From the NCBI RefSeq assembly GCF_027921745.1, contig NC_079239.1, forward strand, positions 2,108,001 through 2,172,000: DNA of 64,000 nt, given 5' to 3'. The stretch comes from Schizosaccharomyces osmophilus. Taxonomy: Eukaryota. A program made the position numbers and the translations under genes. Position 1 is the first letter of the stretch; every line of letters starts with the position of its first letter. Under the pieces are notes generated by a model that saw only the letters and a list, made by a program, of their open reading frames with translations, was not told where the DNA came from and made no database searches. Below, one piece after another: positions 37,897 through 49,619 of the stretch.

Positions 37897-38292
37897 TGTC
37901 ATAATCCACATACGATATTACTAATGTCTTGAAACAATTATCAAATTGTAGTAAAATAAGACAAAAGAGTCTTTTATTACAAAATGTAAACAACGGAAGT
38001 TTTTAATAAAGAAGCATTATCAGAAAAGGCAATGTTACTACTTTAGATGATATATATATATCTCCAGTTGGGAGTACGATTTTTCAAATTGGAAGATTTG
38101 ACTGATCTAGCTAAATAAATTGTTCTTACAACTTGCTTAGTGAATCAGATCCCTGGAAGCTATTACTATTCTTTCCTTCCTAGAGTACAAAAGCATCTAA
38201 TTGAAAGCCAAATGCACAATTAACTGAATTGTTATTACATATTTGCTTCCTTGTGTAGTTAGTAAGTGTTAGTAGTCGACTACTACTAGACA
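37897..38292 (-). mobile_element. LTR-B: Tf-like LTR in inverted orientation (~396 bp)
   Basis: Minus strand reads TGTCTAG...TTATGACA; 62 bp are identical to LTR-C; the 5' boundary is less certain. Confidence 0.85.
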
Positions 38293-39146
38293 AAACTATG
38301 CTTTTCCTCCTCTGCCCTGTTGTATCCTGACCTTGGCAGTTGTGTTGTGAATCAAATAAATATTCAAACGCAATATAGTATTTACCGAGCGAGAATGATG
38401 ATATAAATGTACCTTGTATGCTCCATCTGGACGATAGAATTCTATGGAGAGAGACAGAGATAGAGAAAAAGGAAGAGTGAGCACTTGTAATATCCAGGAG
38501 GATGTGATCACTTTGAATTGCCCGTGTCCGCCGGAAGCATCCGCATTCCTTTCCTAGTAAAGAGTCAAATCTTCAAAAGATCCTATTTTGTAATGTAACT
38601 GGACACGCACAATGATCGTCGTGAACCATTCTTTTTGCATGCACCTGCTTGCTCAAACATAAAATCAGATCCAAATACAAGAGATGCTGGAGCTGGGATA
38701 CGGAGCCTACACGAAGGGAATGTGGTTTCTTGAGATAGATTAAAAAACAAACAAATAAACACAGAGACTACGCTCGGTTAGAATAGTGTCTTTTCGCCAA
38801 CGTGAATTGAGTTGTTTTAGAGTATCGTCTACGCTCATAGCCGACGAAAGGTAGAATGAAGTAGAGCGACTCATTCTACGTAAGCCATCCATAAACTCTC
38901 AGAAAATACACAAAAGAAACATACCTTCCTATGGACAAAGCGGTTGTTGATCAGATGGAATCCCGATTAAGAAAAGGAGTAAAATAGACAAAAAAATTTA
39001 GACTACCATTCAACAAGTGTGTTTTTATATTTACAAACTTAGTATAAACACAATATGTATTGATTGAATATGTATTCATATGTGCTCGAGCGATTAAAAA
39101 AGGACATGCAATATGATGAAAAATTGCAACCAAGGTAACTCACTAT

Positions 39147-39653
39147 TTAAGGAATAATAAGCTCGGTAGCAACACCAACGCAGTCGTTAGTGTTATTCCC
39201 TTTGCCATAGTAGATTTGATAAACTTCATCGGTGTTGGGAACATGGCATGCGACTGGGAAAGCCTTGTTGAATCGGAATTCGTAGCCGATGCCGGTAATT
39301 TGCTTAGTTTTAAAACCGGTCAAAGGAGAGTTACCAGAGGAATTAAACTTAAAGACTAGAGCTCCATCCTTCTCGAGGAAAGCAGTCTCATTTTTGTGAA
39401 ATAATTGAGTGTCTTTCAGGTAAAACTCATTTACTTGATCAGCTTGATCATATGGAGTCAAATAAACATGTCCTGACTTGCCAACAAAGAAAGGATGAAG
39501 GTGGACATTGAAATTACCAGAGTGAAGACTCATGATGCCGAATTTTTTCTTAAACGACAACTCATGCTTAGTAGTAGTGGGCACTGGAGAACCAAAGACA
39601 CTGGTGGCACTAAGAACAGAAACCAAGAGGGCAGCAGATAGGGAAAACTTCAT
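39147..39653 (-). CDS. Small secreted/cell-wall protein, PhiA/But2-N-terminal-like (168 aa from MKFSL)
   Basis: Signal peptide MKFSLSAALLVSVLSATSVFG; FGIMSLHSG motif; paired Cys near the C-terminus (VAC...DCVGV); family call from recalled motif similarity. Confidence 0.65.
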   Translation of the reverse strand: MKFSLSAALLVSVLSATSVFGSPVPTTTKHELSFKKKFGIMSLHSGNFNVHLHPFFVGKSGHVYLTPYDQADQVNEFYLKDTQLFHKNETAFLEKDGALVFKFNSSGNSPLTGFKTKQITGIGYEFRFNKAFPVACHVPNTDEVYQIYYGKGNNTNDCVGVATELIIP

Positions 39654-39786
39654 TTTAACACTACTGTTAAAATGATATAGACACTGATGTGATAATTCAA
39701 AAACAAAAAGGTGCAACAAACCACACTACAAACTGAATCAAAAAAGCCAAGTATACGATACTTCCAAGCAAAGGATTTCCCGACTC

Positions 39787-39808
39787 TATATATATATATA
39801 TATATATA
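39787..39808. repeat. (TA)11 microsatellite/TATA element upstream of the secreted-protein gene
   Basis: tatatatatatatatatatata read directly. Confidence 0.85.
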
Positions 39809-40416
39809 CCAATTGCACCAAGACGCATGGGTCGTTTGAGAAAATAGGACTGCTAAAGACACAATAATCTCGGAAATAACGAAACAAACTTTAACAAATA
39901 TAAGCAACGAACCAACGTTGACTTTGCAGATAGTTCAAAGTAGATAGAACCTACAAGTCCGACATTGCAGTCGGGGCTAGGAAAATGAAATAACCCAAAC
40001 AAGGAAGAAGGGACAGATTGATAATGCACTTCGTCATCTGAGGAGCTGAAATGATATGCCTCCTGTCATTCATTCATAGCAACAATCTGGAAAGCTTTGG
40101 TGGTTTCTGTCTCTTTCTTTTGTTCTCAACAACACGACCATTGTATAGTGTAAAATCGATCTGGTTTCCACTTGCCCAAAGACAGACAGACAATGAAGAT
40201 GAAAAGTAAAATAGTTAAATAGTAAAATAGTAAAAGAAGAAACCACTTTGTTCTTTTAAACAAGTATTTTGTTTTGTCATCAATTAGTCAGCTGAAGCAA
40301 TTGTTGTTTACGTGAACCCACCACCCCTTGTGTCATTTGACTTTTAGTCATCAGCAAAAAAGTATATATATGTCCAACATATCGCTAGTAGACACTACCA
40401 ACTAAGAGAAATAAAA

Positions 40417-41628
40417 ATGACAAACACTTTTGAAGCAATTGTTACAGGTGCGACTGGCATTAATGGTGCTGCCATCATCAACCGACTTTTAAATGAACCC
40501 AAATGCTCCAAGATTCACTGTGTTTCTCGCAGTCTGAAAGAAGAGTATCCCAGCAAAGTTAAACACTATTCAATTGATTTAATTACTTCAAATCCTGAAC
40601 AGATTGCAGCGACTTTCCAAAAAGAGGGAGTTACAAACATTACATATGCCTTTCACACTGCCTACAAAGAGGAATCAGAGGAAGGTGAAGCGTGCAAGAC
40701 CAATGGAGCAATGTTGAGAAACTTTGTAATTGGTCTTGAAAAAAGCAATAACAAGACTCTAAAGAGAGTTGTTTTAACGACTGGTTTAAAGTACTACGGA
40801 CCCCAATTCGGTGAAGTAAGACTTCCCATGGAAGAGTCAGATCGCCGTGTGCCTGAAAGCTTTTCAGGTTTGCCCAATTTCTACTACATTCAAGAAGACA
40901 TCCTTAAAGAATTGAGTGCTAATAAGCCTTGGGACTATGTGATTGCTATGCCCAGTGACATCTGTGGTGTTTCTCAAGGAGGTTACATGAATCAAGCATT
41001 CACAATTGCACTGTATGCTGTCATCTGTAAAGAATTGGACGAACCATTCTATTTCCCGGGAAATGAAAAGATCTATAAAGGGCTTAATGATATTTCCTAC
41101 TCAGGTTTGATCGCCGACTTTGAAGTATGGGCCGCTCAAAAACCAGAAACTAGCAATGAACGATTCAATATTGTAAACGGTGACTCTCACAGCTGGTCAA
41201 GAACTTGGCCAAAGATTGCTGACTACTTTGGCTTAAAAGTTCCAAAAAATCAATTTGATAACTGGTCTTCTTTGAGCAACAAAATTACCTTGTCCACACC
41301 TCCACCTATTAGGTTATACCAAGAGGAAATGGGCATCAAGGATATCCCAAATACTGAATTTATCAACCACATTTCTTTTCCCAAGTGGATCCAGCAAGAT
41401 AAAGTGAAGAAGGCATGGAAACAGATCGCTGAACGCGAACACTTGGATCCTAATCTTATAGACACTGGTACATGGGCCTTTTGCGATTTTACGTTAGGCA
41501 GAACCTACTATGTGTCTGCGTCCATGATAAAGGCTCGTCAATTCGGCTATCATGGATACTATGATACATTTCAAGGATTTCAAGAGACATTCGATACTTT
41601 AAAACGTGGAAAAGTCATTCCTTCTTAA
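40417..41628 (+). CDS. Extended SDR of the PRISE (progesterone 5-beta-reductase/iridoid synthase-like) family
   Basis: AIVTGATGING Rossmann motif, NGAMLRNF, TTGLKYYG, PNFYYIQED, FNIVNGD, KARQFGY are PRISE-type signatures. Confidence 0.85.
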   Translation: MTNTFEAIVTGATGINGAAIINRLLNEPKCSKIHCVSRSLKEEYPSKVKHYSIDLITSNPEQIAATFQKEGVTNITYAFHTAYKEESEEGEACKTNGAMLRNFVIGLEKSNNKTLKRVVLTTGLKYYGPQFGEVRLPMEESDRRVPESFSGLPNFYYIQEDILKELSANKPWDYVIAMPSDICGVSQGGYMNQAFTIALYAVICKELDEPFYFPGNEKIYKGLNDISYSGLIADFEVWAAQKPETSNERFNIVNGDSHSWSRTWPKIADYFGLKVPKNQFDNWSSLSNKITLSTPPPIRLYQEEMGIKDIPNTEFINHISFPKWIQQDKVKKAWKQIAEREHLDPNLIDTGTWAFCDFTLGRTYYVSASMIKARQFGYHGYYDTFQGFQETFDTLKRGKVIPS

Positions 41629-41851
41629 TGAATAGAAAGTTTAGTTTTACGATAAATATTTTCATGATGTCCATGATTTCAACATATAAAACGTTCATCA
41701 GACGGTTTCAGCGTAGCATAAGTAAAGCAAAAATGAATTGAAATCAAATCAATATAAAGCTAAATCGTTATTACCAAGCTTAGAATATGGACCAAACCTC
41801 CACTTACATTGTATCATCCTTTGCTTCCTAATGCTATTCAGAATGGATATG

Positions 41852-42216
41852 TGTCACAGGCGAGATCTCACTTGTTGTGAGAATAAGTATTCAGTGGAAA
41901 AGATGTATGTAATAACAATTCATAAAATTGTATGTTTCACTTTTAGATTGGATACTTTTGTACTATAGAAGAATAGTAACAGCTTCCAGGGATCTGATTC
42001 ACTAAGCAAGTTGTAAGAACAATTTATTTAGCTAGATCAGTCGAATCTTCCAATCTGAAGTTTTGAGCTCTCAGCAGAGGTATATTTATATATCTTTCTA
42101 GATTTCAATAAATTTCAATCGCAAAAATGGATTTTTACTTTTTGTAATAACGTACTTGATAATACATTACGATTATTGTATCAAGATATTAGTAATATCG
42201 TATACCAGTTATGACA
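41852..42216 (+). mobile_element. LTR-C: full-length solo Tf-like LTR (365 bp)
   Basis: TGTCA...TGACA inverted termini, internal TATA-like tract (42081-42093), homology to three other copies; no TSD (ATATG/GCAAA). Confidence 0.9.
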
Positions 42217-42367
42217 GCAAAAATCATTTATTCCCAAAACCAATACCTTTGTATTTTTTCTTTATAACTCCTCTCTTTTCCATAATTTACCTAGTGATAT
42301 ATCTAAAGCAAAAGCAAGTGTAAACGTTTTTGTTTAGCAATAATTAAATTTCTTGACAATTGGAAAC

Positions 42368-43402
42368 ATGGAGTCAATTGACAAGACAGCCACTAAAGCC
42401 GCTTGGGTTTATAACACTAATGGGCAATTTCGAGATGTCCTTAAGCTTGATAAAGAGTTCCCAAGCGAAACCAGCGAAGATTTTAAGCCTGACGACATTC
42501 TGGTAGATGTTGTAGCTATGAGCATCAATCCCGTAGATTACAAGCTCATGCAAACTTATAAATTCATAGGTAAGGGACTTAAGTTTCCTTTCGTTCCCGG
42601 TCTTGACTTTGCTGGAAAGATCGTGGCTACGGGCCCTGACGTTAGGGGTTTGAAAGTAGGTGATCATGTTTGGGGAAAACAGGCCATACATCGTTATAGG
42701 CTCCAAGGAGGAACACTGACAACTCGTGTTCTTACTGATACCAAATGCATATATCCTCTTCCTGAATCCATTAGCTTCAATGATGCAGCTGGCTTTGGCG
42801 TCGCTGGTCTCACTGCTTGGGAGGGCTTGGTGGAGCATATGAAAATTAAGCCTGGCCAAAAGGTAGTCGTTCTCGGAGGTAGTGGTGGTGTCGGAACGTT
42901 TGCTATTCAGATTGCAAAGGCTCTCGGCGCGGAGGTAACCAGCATCAGCTCAACAACAAATCTGCAGTTGTGCAAATCTTTAGGAGCAGCTCATACCATT
43001 GATTACAAATCCGAAAACGTTGTTGCTAGGTTGGCCGAGATCGGTCCTTACGATTATGTTTTTGACTTGATTAATGACAATGGTCTGTACAACACATCCT
43101 CTAAATTTTTGAAGCCGGAGGGTACTTTCTTCGGTGTTGCTTCTGACTTTAGTTTCAGTTTTATAGCTAGCGCTTTATCTCGCAAATTTAGACCTAAAAT
43201 TCTGGGTGGCAGCTCCCATTCTTACTATGATTTGCGCCTTAAGTCAGAACCAAAAACTATTAAGGAGTTTACAGAATTTGTTGTCGAAAATGGAATTAAA
43301 ACTGTTACTGATAGCGTTTACAGTTTCGATCATGCCCTTGATGCCTTCGAACGTTTGACTTCTCATCGCGCTAAGGGAAAGATTATCATAAAGATGGATT
43401 AA
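42368..43402 (+). CDS. MDR-superfamily zinc-independent NAD(P)H quinone/enone reductase (RTN4IP1/Yim1-like)
   Basis: SINPVDYK, PGLDFAG, GLTAWEGL, VLGGSGGVGTFAIQIAK, RAKGKIII. Confidence 0.88.
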   Translation: MESIDKTATKAAWVYNTNGQFRDVLKLDKEFPSETSEDFKPDDILVDVVAMSINPVDYKLMQTYKFIGKGLKFPFVPGLDFAGKIVATGPDVRGLKVGDHVWGKQAIHRYRLQGGTLTTRVLTDTKCIYPLPESISFNDAAGFGVAGLTAWEGLVEHMKIKPGQKVVVLGGSGGVGTFAIQIAKALGAEVTSISSTTNLQLCKSLGAAHTIDYKSENVVARLAEIGPYDYVFDLINDNGLYNTSSKFLKPEGTFFGVASDFSFSFIASALSRKFRPKILGGSSHSYYDLRLKSEPKTIKEFTEFVVENGIKTVTDSVYSFDHALDAFERLTSHRAKGKIIIKMD

Positions 43403-43966
43403 ATGTTTACGATTGCCTTTTTAGTTATATGACTATATGAGCTTACGATGTATGAGGGCAGATTTTCCGATTTTTATTATTATGATAACATATGGCTTTT
43501 ATTATCAATGTTAATTAATGTTTAAATGCTGAAGAAGGACAATGAATGTTACTGAAAGTTCGGTGGGCTGATAATATATGATAGATTGACCATCTTATGC
43601 TCAGTAGTTCATTTCGAGAAGTATTTCTTGCTGTAGGCTGTAAGCGTAAGAGAAGTTATACATATCTATACAAATAGAGACATGAGCGTACGTTTCCAAT
43701 GTTTATAGTCATATGTGCTTTTACAAGACGGATTTTGTACTCCACCAAAAACGTAGTCTACTTTGACTTAGATTTCAATGAATGAGGGATCGCCTAGTAT
43801 AGTCTAGTAAGTACGTATGCTAGAGCGGCTAATCTTCCTAGATTCCGATTGCAGGCTGGGAAACTTGCATTTTTACAATGTGATGAATCCCTTCTACCTA
43901 TTTTTGATAGATGATTACTATATATGAAAGATCTATATTATATAAGATATCTGATTTGCTCATATT

Positions 43967-44302
43967 TGTCATAGACGAGAAATTGCTTTTTTCAAGTATG
44001 TATTCAGTAGAATATTGCATCTTAAATTCGATGCTTTTTGTACTTCTAACAAAGAATTGTAATGGTTTCGAGGGATCTGATTCACTATCATGTTGTATAA
44101 AAATTTACTCAGCTGGACCAGCCAAATCTTGCAATCTGAATATTTGGAATCTTAAGGTTGGCTAAGATCAATATACACTTGTTTCTAGTTTAGATGTCTT
44201 TTGACGAAAACTCAACTGTTTACAATTTGTAATAAATGAGCTTGGTAATATAATACGATAATAATACCAAGACATTAGTAATATCTTATACCAGTTATGG
44301 CA
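43967..44302 (+). mobile_element. LTR-D: more diverged solo Tf-like LTR (336 bp)
   Basis: TGTCATAGACGAGA start, GGGATCTGATTCACTA core, ends TATACCAGTTATGGCA like LTR-C. Confidence 0.82.
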
Positions 44303-45083
44303 CTAGTTATACTATCTTATAGAATGATTTCATCGATCTTTCTTGTTCTTAGTGGAACAAGAAAATTCACTATAGCAAGCTAATTTTTTATTCTTCTTTA
44401 CATAAATAAACCATCCAACCTTGTTTCACCTTTGAAATTGTCCAAACAGCGCAAAACAGCAAAAAAATATCATATTGTTACGAAACAGGTCCTCCTTGCT
44501 ATGATACTGCTACCTTGAGAAGTAACTCATGCAGGATTTGTTTGTTTACATTTGAAAAAATAAAATAAAATAAAACCAAGAATAGAAAAGTAAAAGGATT
44601 TCTTTATTTTAGAACAAGTTTTTGGTATTGTAAAAGCTTCAATATCCTTTTCCATCCTCGAATTCCATTTATATGGTGTAAGACAATATAACGGTAAATC
44701 AAATAAAAAGAACTAATAACCAAATATATTGAAAAAAATATAGTTACTTAAAGCCATCCTTGTCCAAGTTTCAGTCGAACAGGGTTTCATTGAGATAAAA
44801 CTACAACTCGTGATGCAAGTTTTTTACGGCAAAACTATTTATTACATCTCAGAAAAATAAAAAAATCTTTGTTTGGTGAAATTCCTATACTAGATTACAT
44901 CGAAAGAAGACTGAATAGAACGTTTATTGAATTAATGAAAAATAATTAGCGTCCACGCAAAAAGACAACCTAGAAGTTAGGAACGACTAAGGGCGGCGAA
45001 GAATTAAAAGCACAAAAGCATAAAAGAATAATAAAAAAACCTCAAAAACGTACAACATAAATAAACTCATAGCTATCTACAAA

Positions 45084-46236
45084 TTATACACGCTCGTGGA
45101 GAGCTATGTATTCGCTTTCCTGCTCGGGAACAGGACTCTTTGTAAAAGCGATTCGGTAGTAATTATAGACTGCAATACCAATCAGTGTAATAATTAATCC
45201 AATGACATTAATGGGCAGCATAATATCATGATAAAAAAGTGTGGATACAACAATGGTAATAATTTCCTTTAGTATGCCACAGACACTAAGAGTAACAACA
45301 CTAGTTTTCTTGATGAGTCCAAATTCTGAAGCAATCATCATAAATGCAAGTGTGCCGGGAACAATCAAAACGATAGACATAAAGGGACCCTGCTGTTTCC
45401 AGACGCCAGAAGTTACAAACTCTTTTGGTCCCTCTAAAATTAAGCCTGCTATAAATAAAACACAAAAGTTGAGTGGGGTGAGAGCACTAAGAGACGTAAA
45501 AGGATTGGAGGTCATCGGATGATCAAGTAAAAGCTTCTGCGTCAACGCCCATCGAAGGCCAGACATAATTGACGAAGCCATCACAAAAAGAAAGCCTGAA
45601 AAAACAAACTCTGTTTCAGTTGCTACCATGAGGATAACACCGCCAGTGATGATAAACGTGATAAATAAAAGGATCCGGTCAAACTGCTCAATGCGAAAAA
45701 GAACCGAAAAAATAAATACAAAAACTAGAATGGAAGAACGGCACATAGTATAGAAGGACAAAGTAATTGTTTCTAACGACATGTTGCCGAGACCGATGTC
45801 CATACTTGTAACAAGCGCACAAACGCCTGCTCGACAAAAGTATTCTTTCCAGCTAATCTTAGTTTGTTCTTTCGGTTGGTATCGTGGAAGCGCTAGCAAC
45901 GTCAATTTGGAAAATGAAAACTGAATGAGCATATGAATGCTACTCAGGAACAATGGAAATTGAAAATCGAGTTTATCCTCGGAGAATACCCATTTGTTCA
46001 TCATAGATAGAAGCAAAGAAGATGAATACCTGTTTCAATTAGCCATCTTACTCTACTTTACCCAAAATTCTGGAAGCAGAATTCACGTACCAGGAGATTA
46101 CCAATAAACCAACAGTAATTACAAGTGAAGCCCACGGGTGACGAAGAGACCATGACTTTCGAGTAGTGGTCCCTTTTGCCTCAGGTTCTTGGTCAACTAT
46201 GGGCTGCGATTGCTCAAAATCTTGTTTTGCTTCCAT
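45084..46236 (-). CDS. Triose-phosphate/nucleotide-sugar transporter family (SLC35C2-like); exons 46236-46091 and 46029-45084
   Basis: WY...NKWVF...[34 protein letters not shown]; multiple TM helices; GTACGT...CTAAT...CAG intron. Confidence 0.88.
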
Positions 46237-46901
46237 AGTACCTTATTTTACAGGAGAATACGAAAATATTCTTGTCTGCATAGATGAAGCTTATAAGCAA
46301 AGCTAAATATATACAATAAAAAGAGCGGACACTTCTAAAAACAAGAACGTCGAGGTTTCGATGAAGATGGGAGTCGCCTTGTATAAGTGACTCTAGCTTC
46401 CTGAGAAAGCCATAGGAAAACTCGGTTTTCGTTTACAAAACAACTTATTTTTAAAAGAAAAGCCGACTTAATTCAATATATCCAACAAAAACAATAGCTG
46501 CACATTGTATAAAGCACGCCCTTACAAGGCTGGAAATCGCTATTTCCTGACCTCCTGATGCTTATACGAGACTTCTTTCAATTACTAGAAGTGTTATAAA
46601 TAAAGGCTACATGGCATAACAGGCTTTCCGTCGTTTAAACGATAACTCCCAACATTCATGTCGAACCTATACGAACTCTTGATACAACTGAATCATCATC
46701 ATATACATAACAATGGGAGAGACTTCTTACTAAGTAATCTCTTGCAACTTTTTTTAATAAATATTTGTTCCTACTTGTTTTTTTGAGACAACTATTACTG
46801 CTATTACTCTTACAGAAAAATTCAGCTAATGAAAACCGCTATTAATTCAACCCGATGGAAATGAAAGATAATCAAAAACCGCGCTATTTGACGCACATAT
46901 T

Positions 46902-47409
46902 TTATTCCTCAACAGTGTTGGTCTCCATCTTGGGGTTGGCAACGTCAACGGCCTGAACAAGGGTGTAAAGAGCCTTGTCGTCCTCGTCACTACGCTTACG
47001 AGAGAGACGGAGACGGAGACGGTGAGCAACACCCTTAATGCCTTGCTTCCAAACCTCCTTGTTCAAAGAGGGGTCAACACGAACATCCTTAGTTTGCTAA
47101 TTCATTCGTTAGTGAACCAAAAATTTTCAAAAGGATAAGATTCAACTGAAGAAAAGAAAAAGGCTTATAAGTAAAACAAGAACCAGAACTACATATAATT
47201 GTTTGGTTTTTCTTCATTCAATTCTTTTCAAAAGCCTTTGCTCTCTACAGCTTCCGACATACCATATGCTTTTGGGCAAATGCAACAATCTCCTTGATGG
47301 CACGAGGAGCACGCTTCTTGAAAGAGACACCATAGAGTCTCTTGTGCATATGAATCGTGTAGTCACGAGTGACAACTTGGTTGATAGCGCTCTTCTTAGT
47401 GTTGGCCAT
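46902..47409 (-). CDS. rpl31: 60S ribosomal protein L31 (113 aa); exons 47409-47263 and 47096-46902
   Basis: [30 protein letters not shown]...[18 protein letters not shown]. Confidence 0.96.
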
Positions 47410-47469
47410 TGTGAGAGGTTTTGTGCACAAGTTTCTTTGCCCAGCTCCCAAACGTTTGTTTCCATACTG

Positions 47470-47498
47470 TGTGACGGTCTTTTTGCGTAGGGTAGGGT
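47470..47498. promoter_or_regulatory. Ribosomal-protein promoter boxes: Homol-D-like (TGTGACGG, 47470-47477) and Homol-E (AGGGTAGGGT, 47489-47498)
   Basis: Exact Homol-E and one-mismatch Homol-D, 60-90 bp upstream of the rpl31 ATG. Confidence 0.75.
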
Positions 47499-47672
47499 AA
47501 GGACTGGTTTTCGTCTGAATAGGGAACCTCGATTCACTTCCTTGGAGTAACACATCCAAGGTAACAACGCCAAGCAGGGTCCCTTTTGTTGGCGGTTTAC
47601 CAGGAACCTTTTGACGATAAAAAACGAATTTTCGTTTTATATTCGTAGTTCTATCATTTATATTGATTCATA

Positions 47673-49416
<1,744 letters not shown>

Positions 49417-49619
49417 AATAGCTTATTGGTAAAAATAATTAATACATTTTGGGTTATTTAAATGCGTACCGTACTTACGATTTATACCTCTTATATATCT
49501 CTGTAAACCCTAAACACAAATTCTATTAAGTTATACCCTAAAATATCGTAAATAAACTAACTATTTTGAAAATGAAGTAAGAGATCTTAGCTGAGACTAA
49601 GAGATCGAAAACATTTCGT

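Noticed and set aside
38296..38700. Protein-like text on the minus strand beside LTR-B
   Set aside because: Interrupted by stops, no recognisable motif and no consistent splice model
38821..38882. Hairpin GTAGAATGA/TCATTCTAC next to GACGAAA, resembling a ribozyme
   Set aside because: No CUGANGA core on either strand; a single 9-bp stem is weak evidence
43629..43640. TGCTGTAGGCT resembling the 5S rRNA 3' end (relevant to 5S-flanked wtf loci)
   Set aside because: Upstream sequence does not match 5S; no 5S, tRNA or wtf-like gene was recognised in the window
41847..44307. Target-site duplications around the LTRs
   Set aside because: Flanking 5-mers do not match for any LTR or LTR pair; the best is ATATT/CTAGT at LTR-D
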